Source of the DNA: an uncultured Bacteroidota bacterium
GTDB lineage: Bacteria > Bacteroidota > Bacteroidia > Chitinophagales > Chitinophagaceae
Direction: 5' to 3'
Assembly: GCA_903835005.1 (NCBI GenBank)
Contig: CAILLK010000117.1
Coordinates: 8,422-72,421 of the forward strand
DNA: 64,000 nt
This document shows, piece after piece, positions 8,801 through 18,316 of the stretch. How positions within the stretch are numbered: position 1 is the first letter of the stretch; each line of letters begins with the position of its first letter. Under the pieces are notes generated by a model that made no database searches, was not told where the DNA came from, and worked only from the letters and a program-made list of their open reading frames with translations. Both the position numbers and the translations under genes were made by a program.

Positions 8801-10882
8801 TTTACTGGTGTCCCGGCAGCCGCTGTGAATGTTGTAGTCGGAAAAAACAACATTATACACCGCCGGGGTAGAATACAAATGCAGTGGATACCGGGTACTA
8901 TCGGTTGTCCCATCTCCGAAAAACCAGATTCGCTTGTCATCTCCCATCGAACTGTCTATGAAGTTCACCGAATTTGGCGGGGAACAATTAATATGCGGAA
9001 AAACTTTGGCGTTTGGCGAATCTATCTGTATATAATTATGCCTGATAAAAGTATCCGGGCAGCCATAATTATAGGCAATAAGTGTATCGGAAAAAAGTCC
9101 CGGTATTAAATAATGATAGCTTAAAGTATCGGATGTGGTCGTAGGGTTTGTGCCATAATTCCCAATTCCCACCAACCATAAATAATACTGCGGATTACCG
9201 GATATAGTTGAACCGATAAAGGTTATATTGTTCGTATCCTCACAGGCATGCAGCGGGCTGGCTGTAAAAGTAACATTTGGTTTTATGCCCACTGGTATAC
9301 TGTCGTGGCAAACAAAAGTACAGCCATTGGATGAATGGAGGGTTAAAGTTACTATCCACCCCCCCTGGGCCGTATAGGTATGTGTAGGTGTAGCCGAAGT
9401 ACTTAAGGGAGAGCCGTCGCCGAAATTCCAGGTGTAGGTAAATGTAGCGGGATACGGATGTACCGGGGGGATAATGAACGGTGGTGGTGTTGTAGAGGTA
9501 GTTGATTCATAAAAGTGTACAGTATAGGGCACACAACTGCCCAAAGAGTCAGGGTTAGAATGGCCAATTCCATAGGCGATATTATAAACAGAATAACTGT
9601 CAATTACGGTATCCCGGCAGCCTAAATCGGTGATACTGATCATTGTAACTAAATAAAATGAATCATCTACATAAGTATGAGGTGTTGTAATTCCGGTACC
9701 GGTATGTCCATCGCCGAAATTCCAGAATACTGTAGAATTGGGTACAACCGTGGCTGTAAAAACGGATGTTTCCGGCGCAGGGCATGGAATTGGCGGAGTG
9801 ATGGTAACGGCAGGTGCAGGTGCCTGAATATAAATAGGACGCTTTGCAGTATCATAGCAAAAGCCGTTGTAGGTAATAAGCCTTACAGTATCGCTGCCAC
9901 CGGCAGGAAAATTCTGGTGGCCTGTGATGTTGGTATCCATGGCTCCGTCGCCATAAAGCCATTGTTTGGAAAGATAGGGGCTGCTGGTATTGGTGAAAGT
10001 TACCGGCGAATTAACGCATACAGAGTCTGGCCCTGTAAATGAGGCTATCAGATGCAGTACATCTATGTAGCTGGTTACAGTATTGCTGTCTTCACAGCCA
10101 TGAATATCCGTTACCATAAGCTGAACATTGTAAAAGCCCAGAGCGGAATAGGAATGCACCGGATTGGCAGATGTACTATAAGGGCTGCCATCACCAAAAT
10201 TCCAGCGATAGGTAAATGGTCCGGCGCCGGTTACTCCATTGGTGAAATCTGCATTGACCGGTGGATTGCAGATATGGGTATTTACCGCAGAAAATAAAGG
10301 CGCGGGCGGATTGCGCACATGCAGAAAAGCAGGCTTGGTAAGTGTGGATGAGCAGCCATCTGAGTTGGTGGCTTCAAGGGTAATGTTGAAATAGCCCGGA
10401 AAGGAGTAGGCATGTGCTACACTTGCGAGGGTGCTGGTATAGCCGTCGCCGAAGGACCACAGATAAATTACCGGGCCGGGAACTCCCGCAACAGTGGTAC
10501 TGGAATATGTGACAGGCGCTCCGGGGCAAATCAACGTGTCCGACTCCGTGAAATTTACTGCGGGAGATGGAAAAACAGTAATGACTTGCTTTACGGTGCT
10601 TGTAGCCGAGCCGTTTGTAGCAGTAAGTGTAACAGTATAAGTTCCCGGTGTGTAATAACTTGTTCCGGGATTGGTAAGGGTTATAATACCTGTGCTATTA
10701 CCCAGGTCCCACGAATAAGTGGTGCCTGTTGCAGGTGAAGTAGTATTGGTGAAAGCTACTACCAGCGGAGCGCATCCGCTGGCAGGCGAGGAGGTAAAGC
10801 CAGCGGTTACTTGCCCTTTGGCAGTCAGTACTGATAAGGCAATACAAAGTATTGTAAAAATTGATCGGGTTAACAGATTCAT
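5843..10882 (-). CDS. Giant PKD-repeat adhesin with SprB repeats and gliding-motility/T9SS type B C-terminal sorting domain (paralog 1)
   Basis: Signal peptide, then ~14 PKD-like modules (recurrent W-x-F-G-D-G motifs). Three GG-x-W-[ST]-S-x-N Ig-like modules and two SprB-type repeats (GGNPPFAYLWSTGST, GGTPPYTYLWNDKQTG). C-terminal YDAISPNGDGINDTWNILGLELFPANTVQLFDKWGDEVF...GTYYYLVKL. Confidence 0.85.
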   Translation of the reverse strand: MNLLTRSIFTILCIALSVLTAKGQVTAGFTSSPASGCAPLVVAFTNTTSPATGTTYSWDLGNSTGIITLTNPGTSYYTPGTYTVTLTATNGSATSTVKQVITVFPSPAVNFTESDTLICPGAPVTYSSTTVAGVPGPVIYLWSFGDGYTSTLASVAHAYSFPGYFNITLEATNSDGCSSTLTKPAFLHVRNPPAPLFSAVNTHICNPPVNADFTNGVTGAGPFTYRWNFGDGSPYSTSANPVHSYSALGFYNVQLMVTDIHGCEDSNTVTSYIDVLHLIASFTGPDSVCVNSPVTFTNTSSPYLSKQWLYGDGAMDTNITGHQNFPAGGSDTVRLITYNGFCYDTAKRPIYIQAPAPAVTITPPIPCPAPETSVFTATVVPNSTVFWNFGDGHTGTGITTPHTYVDDSFYLVTMISITDLGCRDTVIDSYSVYNIAYGIGHSNPDSLGSCVPYTVHFYESTTSTTPPPFIIPPVHPYPATFTYTWNFGDGSPLSTSATPTHTYTAQGGWIVTLTLHSSNGCTFVCHDSIPVGIKPNVTFTASPLHACEDTNNITFIGSTISGNPQYYLWLVGIGNYGTNPTTTSDTLSYHYLIPGLFSDTLIAYNYGCPDTFIRHNYIQIDSPNAKVFPHINCSPPNSVNFIDSSMGDDKRIWFFGDGTTDSTRYPLHLYSTPAVYNVVFSDYNIHSGCRDTSKFTLDLTRPVVTFSTPDSAICRDGFVILNSSVTGYASYYEWFADGVSTDYNNYNFVDTFHATGYFTILLVVHDVNGCPDSIKRVNYILVAKPAANFTVSPANICLPQGATFTDASTDVPGTVLQHYSWSFGDTTATVSTTTPSVGHTFTATGTYTTTEIVTDNIGCKDTAVLTLANVFHPFAAFIASTTSTCAFTPVSFSCYSYPVVTWFWEFGDGGTSTLKNPNYAYSDSGTYTVRLIVTDVHGCTDTATMLNYIHISRPYASFTESDSVAFCPPFTVHFTNASTGGISNKWLFGNGDSSVAANPTNIYTAPGYDTVRLIVTNAAGCKDTADSRHVKIYGYAGAFTYNADSGCAPFPVTFNASLSEVAGLSNITWDFSDGIVVTGSITDSVISHTYLYPGSFIPKMIINVSSTGCVDTSLGAAPIKVDGITKGFTATPDPVCINNTLTLADTSESYWSDISSWIWNVNGTTDSTDTVYAIFTSVGTYSVTLQVTDGWGCSATDTGAITVISIPGITISPDSIICTGATTHFSDPAPGGNWTSNHTSVAVVGSSSGIVTGITGGSAIITYGLTDGCSATATVTVIPYPNPGIITGKTGVCAGDTIQLTDTTIGGTWSIGNGSASISATGLVKGITANADTVFYTAANGQCDSTAMKIIRINPLPNPGTIAGPTMICPGAVITLTDSILNGRWTCGDTTIATADSLTGVVKAISLGTTVITYTTAPTSFGCFSTAVFPIDVINTDFTITTNISQVKCYNDSDAGIRVIISGGNPPFAYLWSTGSTDSFITGLDTGNYSLVVTEKTTDCIVYDKITITQPDTLQISADITEDVCRGSKGIIAATVKGGTPPYTYLWNDKQTGSSISGLLTGNYELSVTDINGCSKQMTFTVPDTCTQIIIYDAISPNGDGINDTWNILGLELFPANTVQLFDKWGDEVFSATNYKNDFAGKGKKGELPDGTYYYLVKLNSSNAPEGKGSFTGYLMIKR

Positions 10883-10990
10883 GTTTATATTTATATTAGT
10901 CCCTCTGGTATGTTAATTTAACAAACCGGTGGTAGCCCAATGGACGCTGTTTTCTGAAAATTAACTTTACAACTTAAAATTAATGCTTTT

Positions 10991-13900
10991 TTATCGTTTT
11001 ATCAATATAGAACCGGTAAATGAATTCTTCCCGTCTGCTACATTTGCAGCATTCAGTTTTATAAGGTAGTAATAAGTGCCATCGGGCAGCGGGCCGTTTT
11101 TACCCTTACCTTCCCAGTCATTATTATAATTGGTTGCGGCAAAAACTTCATCGCCATATTTATCAAATACCTGAACAGTATTACCCGGATATTTCTCAAT
11201 GCCGAATATGATCCAGGTATCATTTATTCCGTCGCCATTGGGCGAAATAGCATCATAGATCACAATGGTATTGCAGGTATCCGGTACTACGAACGACATT
11301 TGTTTTCTACATCCATTGTTGTCCGTAACTGTCAGATCATAATTACCCATAAGCAAATGCTCAGCAGCGCTTCCCGTATTTTTGTCCGACCACGCATAAC
11401 TGTAGGGTGAGGTGCCTCCGCTAACATTCGTTATAACGCTGCCCTGGCTACCCCGGCACACGTCTTCATTTATTTCGGCGGTTATAGTTATTGTGTCCGG
11501 CTGTGTTAACATAAAGGTATCGTCAACGGTGCATTTTGTAGCGGTTTCGGTGATGATGATGCTGTAAGATCCAGTATCCAGATTACTGATAGTATTACCT
11601 GTACTTCCCGTCGACCAGAGTAACTGGATAGGTGGTATACCACCACTTATATTAACCGCAATACTGCCATTCTTGTCGTTGAAGCATTTTACTGCTGAAA
11701 CAACTTTGCTGACCGAAAAATCAATATTACTGATAATGATTTCAAAGTTGGAATTATTAATACATCCGTTGCTATCAGGGCCAACAGTGTAGATAATGGC
11801 AGCTGAACCTGCTGTCAACGCTTTTAAAGTACCGGTATTGCTGTCAATTTTGGCTATAAGTAGATTGCTACTTGTCCATATGCCCTTTGCTAAGCTATCC
11901 TTTAAGGTTATAATGGCGCCGGTGCATAGCGTGTTTTGTCCGGTTATGTGGCCGGTATCCGGCAATGGGTAAATGGTTATTGTTTTATAGGCCGATGAAT
12001 CGCACATGCCATTTGCAACTTTATAGGATAGGGTATCTTTCCCTGCTTTTTTGCCTGTCAGTATTCCCGGTGCCGTGAGTATGGCATTGCTGTTGGTTAC
12101 GTTCCAGGTGCCTCCGGTTACACTGTCAGTAAGTGTTACAACTGATCCGGTACATACCCCTGCATTCCCGGTTATTATTCCTGGGTTGGGGTAGGCATTA
12201 ACGGTAACCGGTATCGTTGCCAGGCAACCACCAGTTAACCGGTATGTAATTATTGAAGCTCCTCCTGCAATACCCGTTAATACGCCGGAGTTGGCATTAA
12301 TACTGGCAACGGTGGTATTGCTGCTGCTCCACGTTCCTCCCGGTAAAGTATCACTTAGCGATGCTAAAGTACCTGTGCATATAACCGAATCCGGAAAGAT
12401 AGTAATGCCGCCAATTGTATATGCAGATATATCCTGTTTCAGCACAGTGCTGCATCCCCAGCCATCTGTCAGGGTTAATGACACGGAATCATTGCCGGTA
12501 GCGGTTACAAATGCATAGGCGGTATCGGTTGTTGCAGTATAGCCTCCGTAACTCCAGCTCCGTGCAGTAATAACCGACCTCGAACTTTTTGAAGTATCTG
12601 TTAAAAGCAGTGTATCGCCCACACAAACCGGATTGGGGCTGACTTTAAAACCAATATTTATTTTATCTGTTTTTATTGTGTCCTTCCCTGTACTGCTCGG
12701 TGATGAGCACCCGGTATCCGTAAGAATCAGTTTGGGCAGAAATGAGCCTGGCAACAGATATGTGTGCGAATAAGTAGTATCTGATACTGTACCGGTAAAG
12801 GTAACGCCATCTGAGAAGTCCCAGGTAAGGATGGAAAATCCTGTAAAACTGCTGAGCGCCGCATTGAAAGTTACGGTAAGCGGCACGCAGCCGGTGTCGG
12901 GCGAATAACTGAGTACACCTGCGTAACCAAAGATATTTACGTGACCTGCTGCAGCGGTATCTTTACAACCAGAGCTGTTGGTAACTACCAGTGATGCTGT
13001 ATAATACCCGGGAGAAGAATAAGTAACTGACGGACTGAAGGCAGTTGAACTGTCGCCATTGCCGAAATTCCATTTATACGTTGTACCTCCTGTACTTGTA
13101 TTGATAAAATGCACGTTAAAATAAGGACATACAGATACGGAATCATTCATATAAAACGATGCTGAAGGTTTGGAAATATGGATATAATTATGGCGGGTGA
13201 AGGTGTCCGTACAGCCATGCACGTCGGTAATAACCAGGCTTACGGTATAAATGCCGGTATCTGTATAGGTATGCGATGGGTCGGGAAGTGTTGAGGTAGT
13301 GCCGTCGCCAAAAGTCCAGTAGTTGGTAACTCCGGCTGTAGATATACTGGTAAAGCTTATAGGGAAAAAAGCACAACCTGCTGTAATATTTGCAGTAAAA
13401 GAAGTTGAGGGATGGTATACATTGATCAGAGTTTTGGTTATGGTATCCCTGCAGCCAATATTATCAGTTACTATTTCGGTTGCGGTGTAAACACCGGTAT
13501 TGGTATAGGTATGGGTTGTTGAGGATGAATCAGTTACAGCGGCTCCTCCATCGCCAAATGACCATGCAAAATCAGAGAAAAATGTACCCGGCACATCAGT
13601 ACTTGAATCAAAAAAAGCTGCCTGAGACGGCAGGCATACTATAGAGGAAGATGCAATGAAGTTAGCTATAGGTTTAGCAACATGAACGTAATTCGTCCTG
13701 GTAATCGTGTCCTTACAATTATTCTGATCAGTAACTACCAATTGAACAGTGTAGAGCCCCGGTGTGTGAAAAGTATCAACAAATTCAAAATAGTTATTTT
13801 GAGCATAGTTCCCTGTTGCTATCCAATTATAGTAAAAAACGGTACCACTTAGTACTACCGGATAGATGACAACATAATTATCCTTGCATATAGCCGAATC

Positions 13901-16030
13901 AAATGTGGAAATGGAAACATCCGGACTAAATGGCCTGACTGTAAAATTTGCAGTATCGCGGCAACCGCTTGCAGCATTATAATCGGCCAGGTATCCGCTA
14001 TACATAGCTGGCACTGTATATACATGTACCGGGTTTTTCAAACTTGATGTGTCTCCGTCTCCGAATACCCATATATGTGAATCTTCCCCCTCCGAACTGT
14101 CAAAAAAATGAACCGTACTTTCCGACGAACAGAATATGCTGTCATAAATAATCGCTGCAGGCGAATCGACAGTAATGTAATTGTACCTTGAAAAAGTGGA
14201 TGAGCAGCCATCTGAAAAAGAAATCAGGGTGCATGTATATAAACCTGCATGATTGAAGTTGTAGTGCAGAATAGTGTCACTGCCTGACGTGGATGAAGTG
14301 GCGCCGATACTGCTGTAAAATTGCCAATGGTAATCATCTGGTGTGCCGGATATAATCTTTACTTTGAAGGTAACATTGGTATCATTGTTGTTGGCGCAAA
14401 TATTTGTTGGTGAGGCAGTAAAAGTAACAGATGGGGCAATGCCTGCTGATACTATTGCATGAGAGGTATCCCGGCAGCCATTTGCCGTAAGGATTGTAGA
14501 AGTTACTGTATATACACCTGCCGAAGTAAAAATATGCGTTGGTGAATCTGCTGCACTTACCGGCGACCCGTCACCGAAATTCCAGGCGTAAGAAGAGACC
14601 GGATAAGGATAAGCCGTTGTTCCCGGTCCGGGAGTAGAGGTCAGGTAGTAATCGAAAAAGCTAACGGACTCCGGAATACACCCTCCCGTTTTAAATTCAC
14701 CGTAAAGAATGTTAATGTCGTAAATCATATTGTAAATTTTGTATTGCTTATAGCCGGTATCCCTGCAGCTCAGGTCACTGCTTACATACATATGCACATC
14801 ATAAAAACCATTTGCAGTATAATTATGTGTGGCAGGATTACCAATTACTGAATATCCATCTCCGAAAACCCAGGTTACCGTTGAGCCCGGTAAAACAGTA
14901 GCAGTAAAAACGGAGGTTTCCGGCGCAGGGCATGGCTCTGTGGGTGTTATGGTAAAGGTAGATGCCGGATGTTCTACATATATAGGATGCCGGACTGTAT
15001 CATAACAATACCCGTTATAAGTCACAAGTTTTACCGTATCGCTTCCGGCAGAAGGGTATATATGGTACCCGTTAGTGCTGGCATCGGTAGTACCATCGCC
15101 ATACAGCCATATGTTACTCAGGTAAGGACTGCTGGTATTGGTAAAAGAAGCGGGAGAATGGAGGCATATAGAGTCGGGGCCGGTAAAGGCTGCGGTAAGG
15201 TTGATAACATTAATATACCCGGTTATGGTATTGCTGTCCTGGCAGCCGTGGCTATCGGTAACCGTAAGTTGCACGCTATATGCGCCGGTAGCTGTATAAA
15301 GATGAGCCGGATCGGCAAGCACGGAGGGCAAGCCGCCATCACCAAAATTCCATTTATAGGTAAGTGGCCCGGATCCTGTTGCCGAACTGGTAAACACAGC
15401 ATCCACCGGCGGGTTGCAGATATGGGTATTGCTGGCCGAAAATCCTGCCGTAGGTGGTGTTCTTACATGTATGTAGGCTGGTTTTGTAAGGATTGAGGAG
15501 CAGCCGGCAGAATTGGTTGCATTCAGGGTAACGTTAAAATTACCACCAAAAGAATAAACGTGATTATAAGAACTATTGGTACTTGTATAGCCATCGCCCG
15601 ATGACCAGAGGTAAGTTACCGTTCCGGGCACGCCGCTCACTATAGCGCTGCTAAAAGTATCGGTTAAACCCGGGCATAATACCGTATCAGTTACCGAAAA
15701 ACTGATTGCGGGATCAGGGTAAACAGTAATCAGTTGAGTATCTGATGAAGTATCAGCCCCGTTAATGGCCGTAAGTGTTATGGTATAAGTGCCTGCGGTA
15801 AGGTAGCTGGTACCGGGATTGGTAAGCGTTATACTTCCGGTGCTGTTATCCAGGTTCCAGGTATAGGTGGTGCCTGTGGCTGGTGTGGTAGTATTGGTAA
15901 AAGCTACTACAAGTGGTGCGCACCCCGAAGAGGGAGTTGCTGTAAATCCCGCGGTCAGTTGCCCGTGTGCTGCATAAGCAGCGAGGAAAAGGAAAATAAA
16001 GGTTGACAGAGATCGGGTAAATAGTTGCAT
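10991..16030 (-). CDS. Giant PKD-repeat adhesin with SprB repeats and T9SS type B C-terminal sorting domain (paralog 2)
   Basis: Collinear with 5843-10882 and the same 1679 aa length. Same module order and C-terminal YDAISPNGDGINDTWIIFGIEKYPGNTVQVFDKYGDEVF...GTYYYLIKL. Confidence 0.85.
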   Translation of the reverse strand: MQLFTRSLSTFIFLFLAAYAAHGQLTAGFTATPSSGCAPLVVAFTNTTTPATGTTYTWNLDNSTGSITLTNPGTSYLTAGTYTITLTAINGADTSSDTQLITVYPDPAISFSVTDTVLCPGLTDTFSSAIVSGVPGTVTYLWSSGDGYTSTNSSYNHVYSFGGNFNVTLNATNSAGCSSILTKPAYIHVRTPPTAGFSASNTHICNPPVDAVFTSSATGSGPLTYKWNFGDGGLPSVLADPAHLYTATGAYSVQLTVTDSHGCQDSNTITGYINVINLTAAFTGPDSICLHSPASFTNTSSPYLSNIWLYGDGTTDASTNGYHIYPSAGSDTVKLVTYNGYCYDTVRHPIYVEHPASTFTITPTEPCPAPETSVFTATVLPGSTVTWVFGDGYSVIGNPATHNYTANGFYDVHMYVSSDLSCRDTGYKQYKIYNMIYDINILYGEFKTGGCIPESVSFFDYYLTSTPGPGTTAYPYPVSSYAWNFGDGSPVSAADSPTHIFTSAGVYTVTSTILTANGCRDTSHAIVSAGIAPSVTFTASPTNICANNNDTNVTFKVKIISGTPDDYHWQFYSSIGATSSTSGSDTILHYNFNHAGLYTCTLISFSDGCSSTFSRYNYITVDSPAAIIYDSIFCSSESTVHFFDSSEGEDSHIWVFGDGDTSSLKNPVHVYTVPAMYSGYLADYNAASGCRDTANFTVRPFSPDVSISTFDSAICKDNYVVIYPVVLSGTVFYYNWIATGNYAQNNYFEFVDTFHTPGLYTVQLVVTDQNNCKDTITRTNYVHVAKPIANFIASSSIVCLPSQAAFFDSSTDVPGTFFSDFAWSFGDGGAAVTDSSSTTHTYTNTGVYTATEIVTDNIGCRDTITKTLINVYHPSTSFTANITAGCAFFPISFTSISTAGVTNYWTFGDGTTSTLPDPSHTYTDTGIYTVSLVITDVHGCTDTFTRHNYIHISKPSASFYMNDSVSVCPYFNVHFINTSTGGTTYKWNFGNGDSSTAFSPSVTYSSPGYYTASLVVTNSSGCKDTAAAGHVNIFGYAGVLSYSPDTGCVPLTVTFNAALSSFTGFSILTWDFSDGVTFTGTVSDTTYSHTYLLPGSFLPKLILTDTGCSSPSSTGKDTIKTDKINIGFKVSPNPVCVGDTLLLTDTSKSSRSVITARSWSYGGYTATTDTAYAFVTATGNDSVSLTLTDGWGCSTVLKQDISAYTIGGITIFPDSVICTGTLASLSDTLPGGTWSSSNTTVASINANSGVLTGIAGGASIITYRLTGGCLATIPVTVNAYPNPGIITGNAGVCTGSVVTLTDSVTGGTWNVTNSNAILTAPGILTGKKAGKDTLSYKVANGMCDSSAYKTITIYPLPDTGHITGQNTLCTGAIITLKDSLAKGIWTSSNLLIAKIDSNTGTLKALTAGSAAIIYTVGPDSNGCINNSNFEIIISNIDFSVSKVVSAVKCFNDKNGSIAVNISGGIPPIQLLWSTGSTGNTISNLDTGSYSIIITETATKCTVDDTFMLTQPDTITITAEINEDVCRGSQGSVITNVSGGTSPYSYAWSDKNTGSAAEHLLMGNYDLTVTDNNGCRKQMSFVVPDTCNTIVIYDAISPNGDGINDTWIIFGIEKYPGNTVQVFDKYGDEVFAATNYNNDWEGKGKNGPLPDGTYYYLIKLNAANVADGKNSFTGSILIKR

Positions 16031-16283
16031 AGTGTTTATTATTAATAAATACTTGATAGGTTATCAAAAAATAGTAAGAGATTCACTTTTAAAGTTATAG
16101 TCTTTTTAAGATTTTAACTTACTGCACTTTAAAGATAAGATTTCCCGATTTAATTTACTACTCAAAATTAATACCGGCAGCATTTTATCCATAATCTTTT
16201 AAAAATAAGAGGGAAAGAAATTGATTTCTTAATGAATTCCCTATTTTTATGCATCTGCTTTTAAAATCAGGAAATCCAATTGC

Positions 16284-16637
16284 ATGACAGGCTATAATCC
16301 CGGCTTACATATTCTGGCTACCTTTTCTTCTTCGCCGGAGCAACTCAATGATGCACTTGCATGCAAGAAATTGTTTGACGGGCTGATTCATCAGTTATCG
16401 CTGCAGCAGGTGGGTGAGGTGTACCACAGTTTTCCGGGGGGAGGGTTTACGGCTGTTGTTTGCCTTACTGAGTCGCATGTTTCCATACATACCTGGCCCG
16501 AGTATAACCTGGCTACTTTTGATGTGTTTTTATCCAATTTCAACAATAATAATTCAGAAAAGGTGAGGGAGTTTTTTTCAGGAACAATACAGTTTTTTAA
16601 TGCAACAGTAATTTCCAACCAAGAAATTTTCAGGTGA
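16284..16637 (+). CDS. speD: S-adenosylmethionine decarboxylase proenzyme (small pyruvoyl-dependent class)
   Basis: The self-processing and active-site motif LTESHVSIHTWPEYNLATFDVF matches the bacterial/archaeal small AdoMetDC family. Length is 117 aa. Confidence 0.8.
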   Translation: MTGYNPGLHILATFSSSPEQLNDALACKKLFDGLIHQLSLQQVGEVYHSFPGGGFTAVVCLTESHVSIHTWPEYNLATFDVFLSNFNNNNSEKVREFFSGTIQFFNATVISNQEIFR

Positions 16638-16638
16638 T

Positions 16639-17955
16639 ATGGATGAACTAAACAGCCTAGAAACTAACTTTGGCGGGGCCAGCATTACCTGCCCCAGATG
16701 CCATAACCAGTTCAGCTATTATGACCGGCGGAAGAGCTCTTTTTTCGGGTGCAGGCAATGCGGAACTTTTTTTGAAAGGAGCAGTGTCGGGCCTGTTACC
16801 CTGCGCACTTTCAGTGAAGCAGACCGCGACCAACCTCCTTTATTTCCGTTTGGCACCAAGGGTTATGTAGATGGAAAGGAGTATACATTTGTGGGTTTTA
16901 TTACCAAAAAGCAGGCCGACGATGATGTTTACTGGAATGAATATTTGTTTTATGCACCCAATGAACAATGGTACCTGATACTATCTGAATATGATGGTCA
17001 CTGGCTGATCATTAACAGGAGTCACAATCAGCATATCGAAACACGACAGGCACCGGGAGGAAGAAACTATGCTTACGACGACGGGCGGCCTTATGAACTT
17101 TATATGTGCTATAAATTCATTGTGGTTGATGCCGGCGGAGAATTTGACTGGAACATTCTGGATGATGAAGAGCTGATTACCTATGAATATGTTGCAGCCC
17201 CTGTGGTGCTGGTTAACGAGCAGCGGGATAATAAAGACAGCTGGTTTCACGCCAGGTATATCTCACCTAAGGAAATAACCCAACTGTTTGAAGTAGATCC
17301 CGCATTGTTTCCGGACAGGACCGGTTTTAATCCAACCACTTTTTATCCCAGGTGGCAGCCGCTGATCAAATTTACCGGATTGCTGCTGGCCCTTCTGTTA
17401 CTCATTCACCTGGTTTTATTTGTTGCCAAACCAAATAAATCGTTGTATTCAGGCTCTTTTATTTGCGAACCCGATACCACATCGTGGGGCGCCTGCAAAC
17501 CGGTTATCACACCATCGTTTGATATAAAGGGGCCTGCCGCTGTGTCTGTAGATATGCTGTGCGATGTGCTGGACAATAACTGGATTGAGCTGCCTATGGT
17601 GCTGGTCAATGATGGTGATGGCCGGGCTTATGAGATCAATAAAACAATAAGCTATTACCACGGCTATGACGACGGAGACAGCTGGAGCGAAGGCGGCAGG
17701 AGCCAGGATGCTACGCTGTCGCGTGTGCCCTCCGGCAATTACCACCTTAACATTTATCCAGGCGCTGAAACACCACAAGCCGCAGCAGGGCAGTCGGTGG
17801 AATTTAAAGTAACTCAGAATGTGTTTCTGGCCCGAAATTTCTGGTTATTTCTTGTGTTAATTACTATATATCCGCTCATACAATTCATTCGCAAATACAA
17901 TTTTGAAAACAGCAAATGGTTTGCTAAAGATTACGGTACCCTTAAAAAAGATTAA
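16639..17955 (+). CDS. DUF4178-like protein with N-terminal zinc ribbon and C-terminal TM segments
   Basis: CPRC-x20-CRQC zinc ribbon. The core FGTKGYVDGKEYTFVGFITKK...VYWNEYLFYAPNEQWYLILSEYDGHWLII resembles DUF4178 as I remember it. Hydrophobic segments LLLALLLLIHLVLFV and FWLFLVLITIYPLI. The start lies 1 nt after the speD stop. Confidence 0.55.
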   Translation: MDELNSLETNFGGASITCPRCHNQFSYYDRRKSSFFGCRQCGTFFERSSVGPVTLRTFSEADRDQPPLFPFGTKGYVDGKEYTFVGFITKKQADDDVYWNEYLFYAPNEQWYLILSEYDGHWLIINRSHNQHIETRQAPGGRNYAYDDGRPYELYMCYKFIVVDAGGEFDWNILDDEELITYEYVAAPVVLVNEQRDNKDSWFHARYISPKEITQLFEVDPALFPDRTGFNPTTFYPRWQPLIKFTGLLLALLLLIHLVLFVAKPNKSLYSGSFICEPDTTSWGACKPVITPSFDIKGPAAVSVDMLCDVLDNNWIELPMVLVNDGDGRAYEINKTISYYHGYDDGDSWSEGGRSQDATLSRVPSGNYHLNIYPGAETPQAAAGQSVEFKVTQNVFLARNFWLFLVLITIYPLIQFIRKYNFENSKWFAKDYGTLKKD

Positions 17956-17960
17956 AAGTT

Positions 17961-18146
17961 ATGCTGCAAGGATTTAAAAATATAAAGTACTATATAGTAT
18001 GCATGTTGCTGGCGTTCGGGTTATATACATACGGGGCTGTTACCGGCACCCTTATATTCGGCGATGATAATCTGAATACAGACGGCCATGCCGTTAACTC
18101 TACAGGCGGACACTATTATGGCCACGGGTATTTTTTTCATAAATAA
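17961..18146 (+). CDS. Small single-TM protein with Gly/His/Tyr-rich tail
   Basis: 61 aa with TM segment YYIVCMLLAFGLYTYGAVTGTLIF. It starts 5 nt after the preceding stop, so it is probably co-transcribed. No family recognised. Confidence 0.4.
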   Translation: MLQGFKNIKYYIVCMLLAFGLYTYGAVTGTLIFGDDNLNTDGHAVNSTGGHYYGHGYFFHK

Positions 18147-18247
18147 TCTAGTTTTTTGGAAATTATTTATCCAATATTGAATGGAATTGAAATATAATGT
18201 AGCAAAAATCTGAAAAAAGATTGTTTGAATAAATTTTATTGGAAATG

Positions 18248-18279
18248 TTTGCAAATTTCAATGACAATTAATAGATTTG
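18248..18279 (+). promoter_or_regulatory. Candidate Bacteroidota sigma-A type promoter (TTTG-N20-TAGATTTG) for the HTH/R-M-S genes
   Basis: TTTG at 18248-18251 and TAGATTTG at 18272-18279 match the -33 TTTG / -7 TAnnTTTG pattern with a 20 nt spacer, 38 nt upstream of ATG 18317. Confidence 0.4.
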
Positions 18280-18316
18280 CTAAAAATGGGTCAAACTTAA
18301 AATAGCAAACCTTAAA

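Noticed and set aside
6230-15496. Many 60-175 aa plus-strand ORFs (e.g. 7796-8245, 9677-10042, 14969-15496) inside the two adhesin genes
   Set aside because: All are antisense shadows of the long, repeat-rich minus-strand ORFs. Their translations are Gly/Arg/Ile-rich with no domains.
40-16030. Periodic nucleotide similarity in the adhesin genes, considered as a possible CRISPR or tandem DNA repeat
   Set aside because: The periodicity reflects protein domain repeats (75-90 aa, diverged). There are no short identical direct repeats with unique spacers.
16211-16241. Nested palindrome GGGAA-AGAAATTGATTTCT-...-TTCCC in the divergent region between the adhesin operon and speD
   Set aside because: It is short and lies in a very AT-rich intergenic region, so I cannot distinguish it from chance without comparative data.
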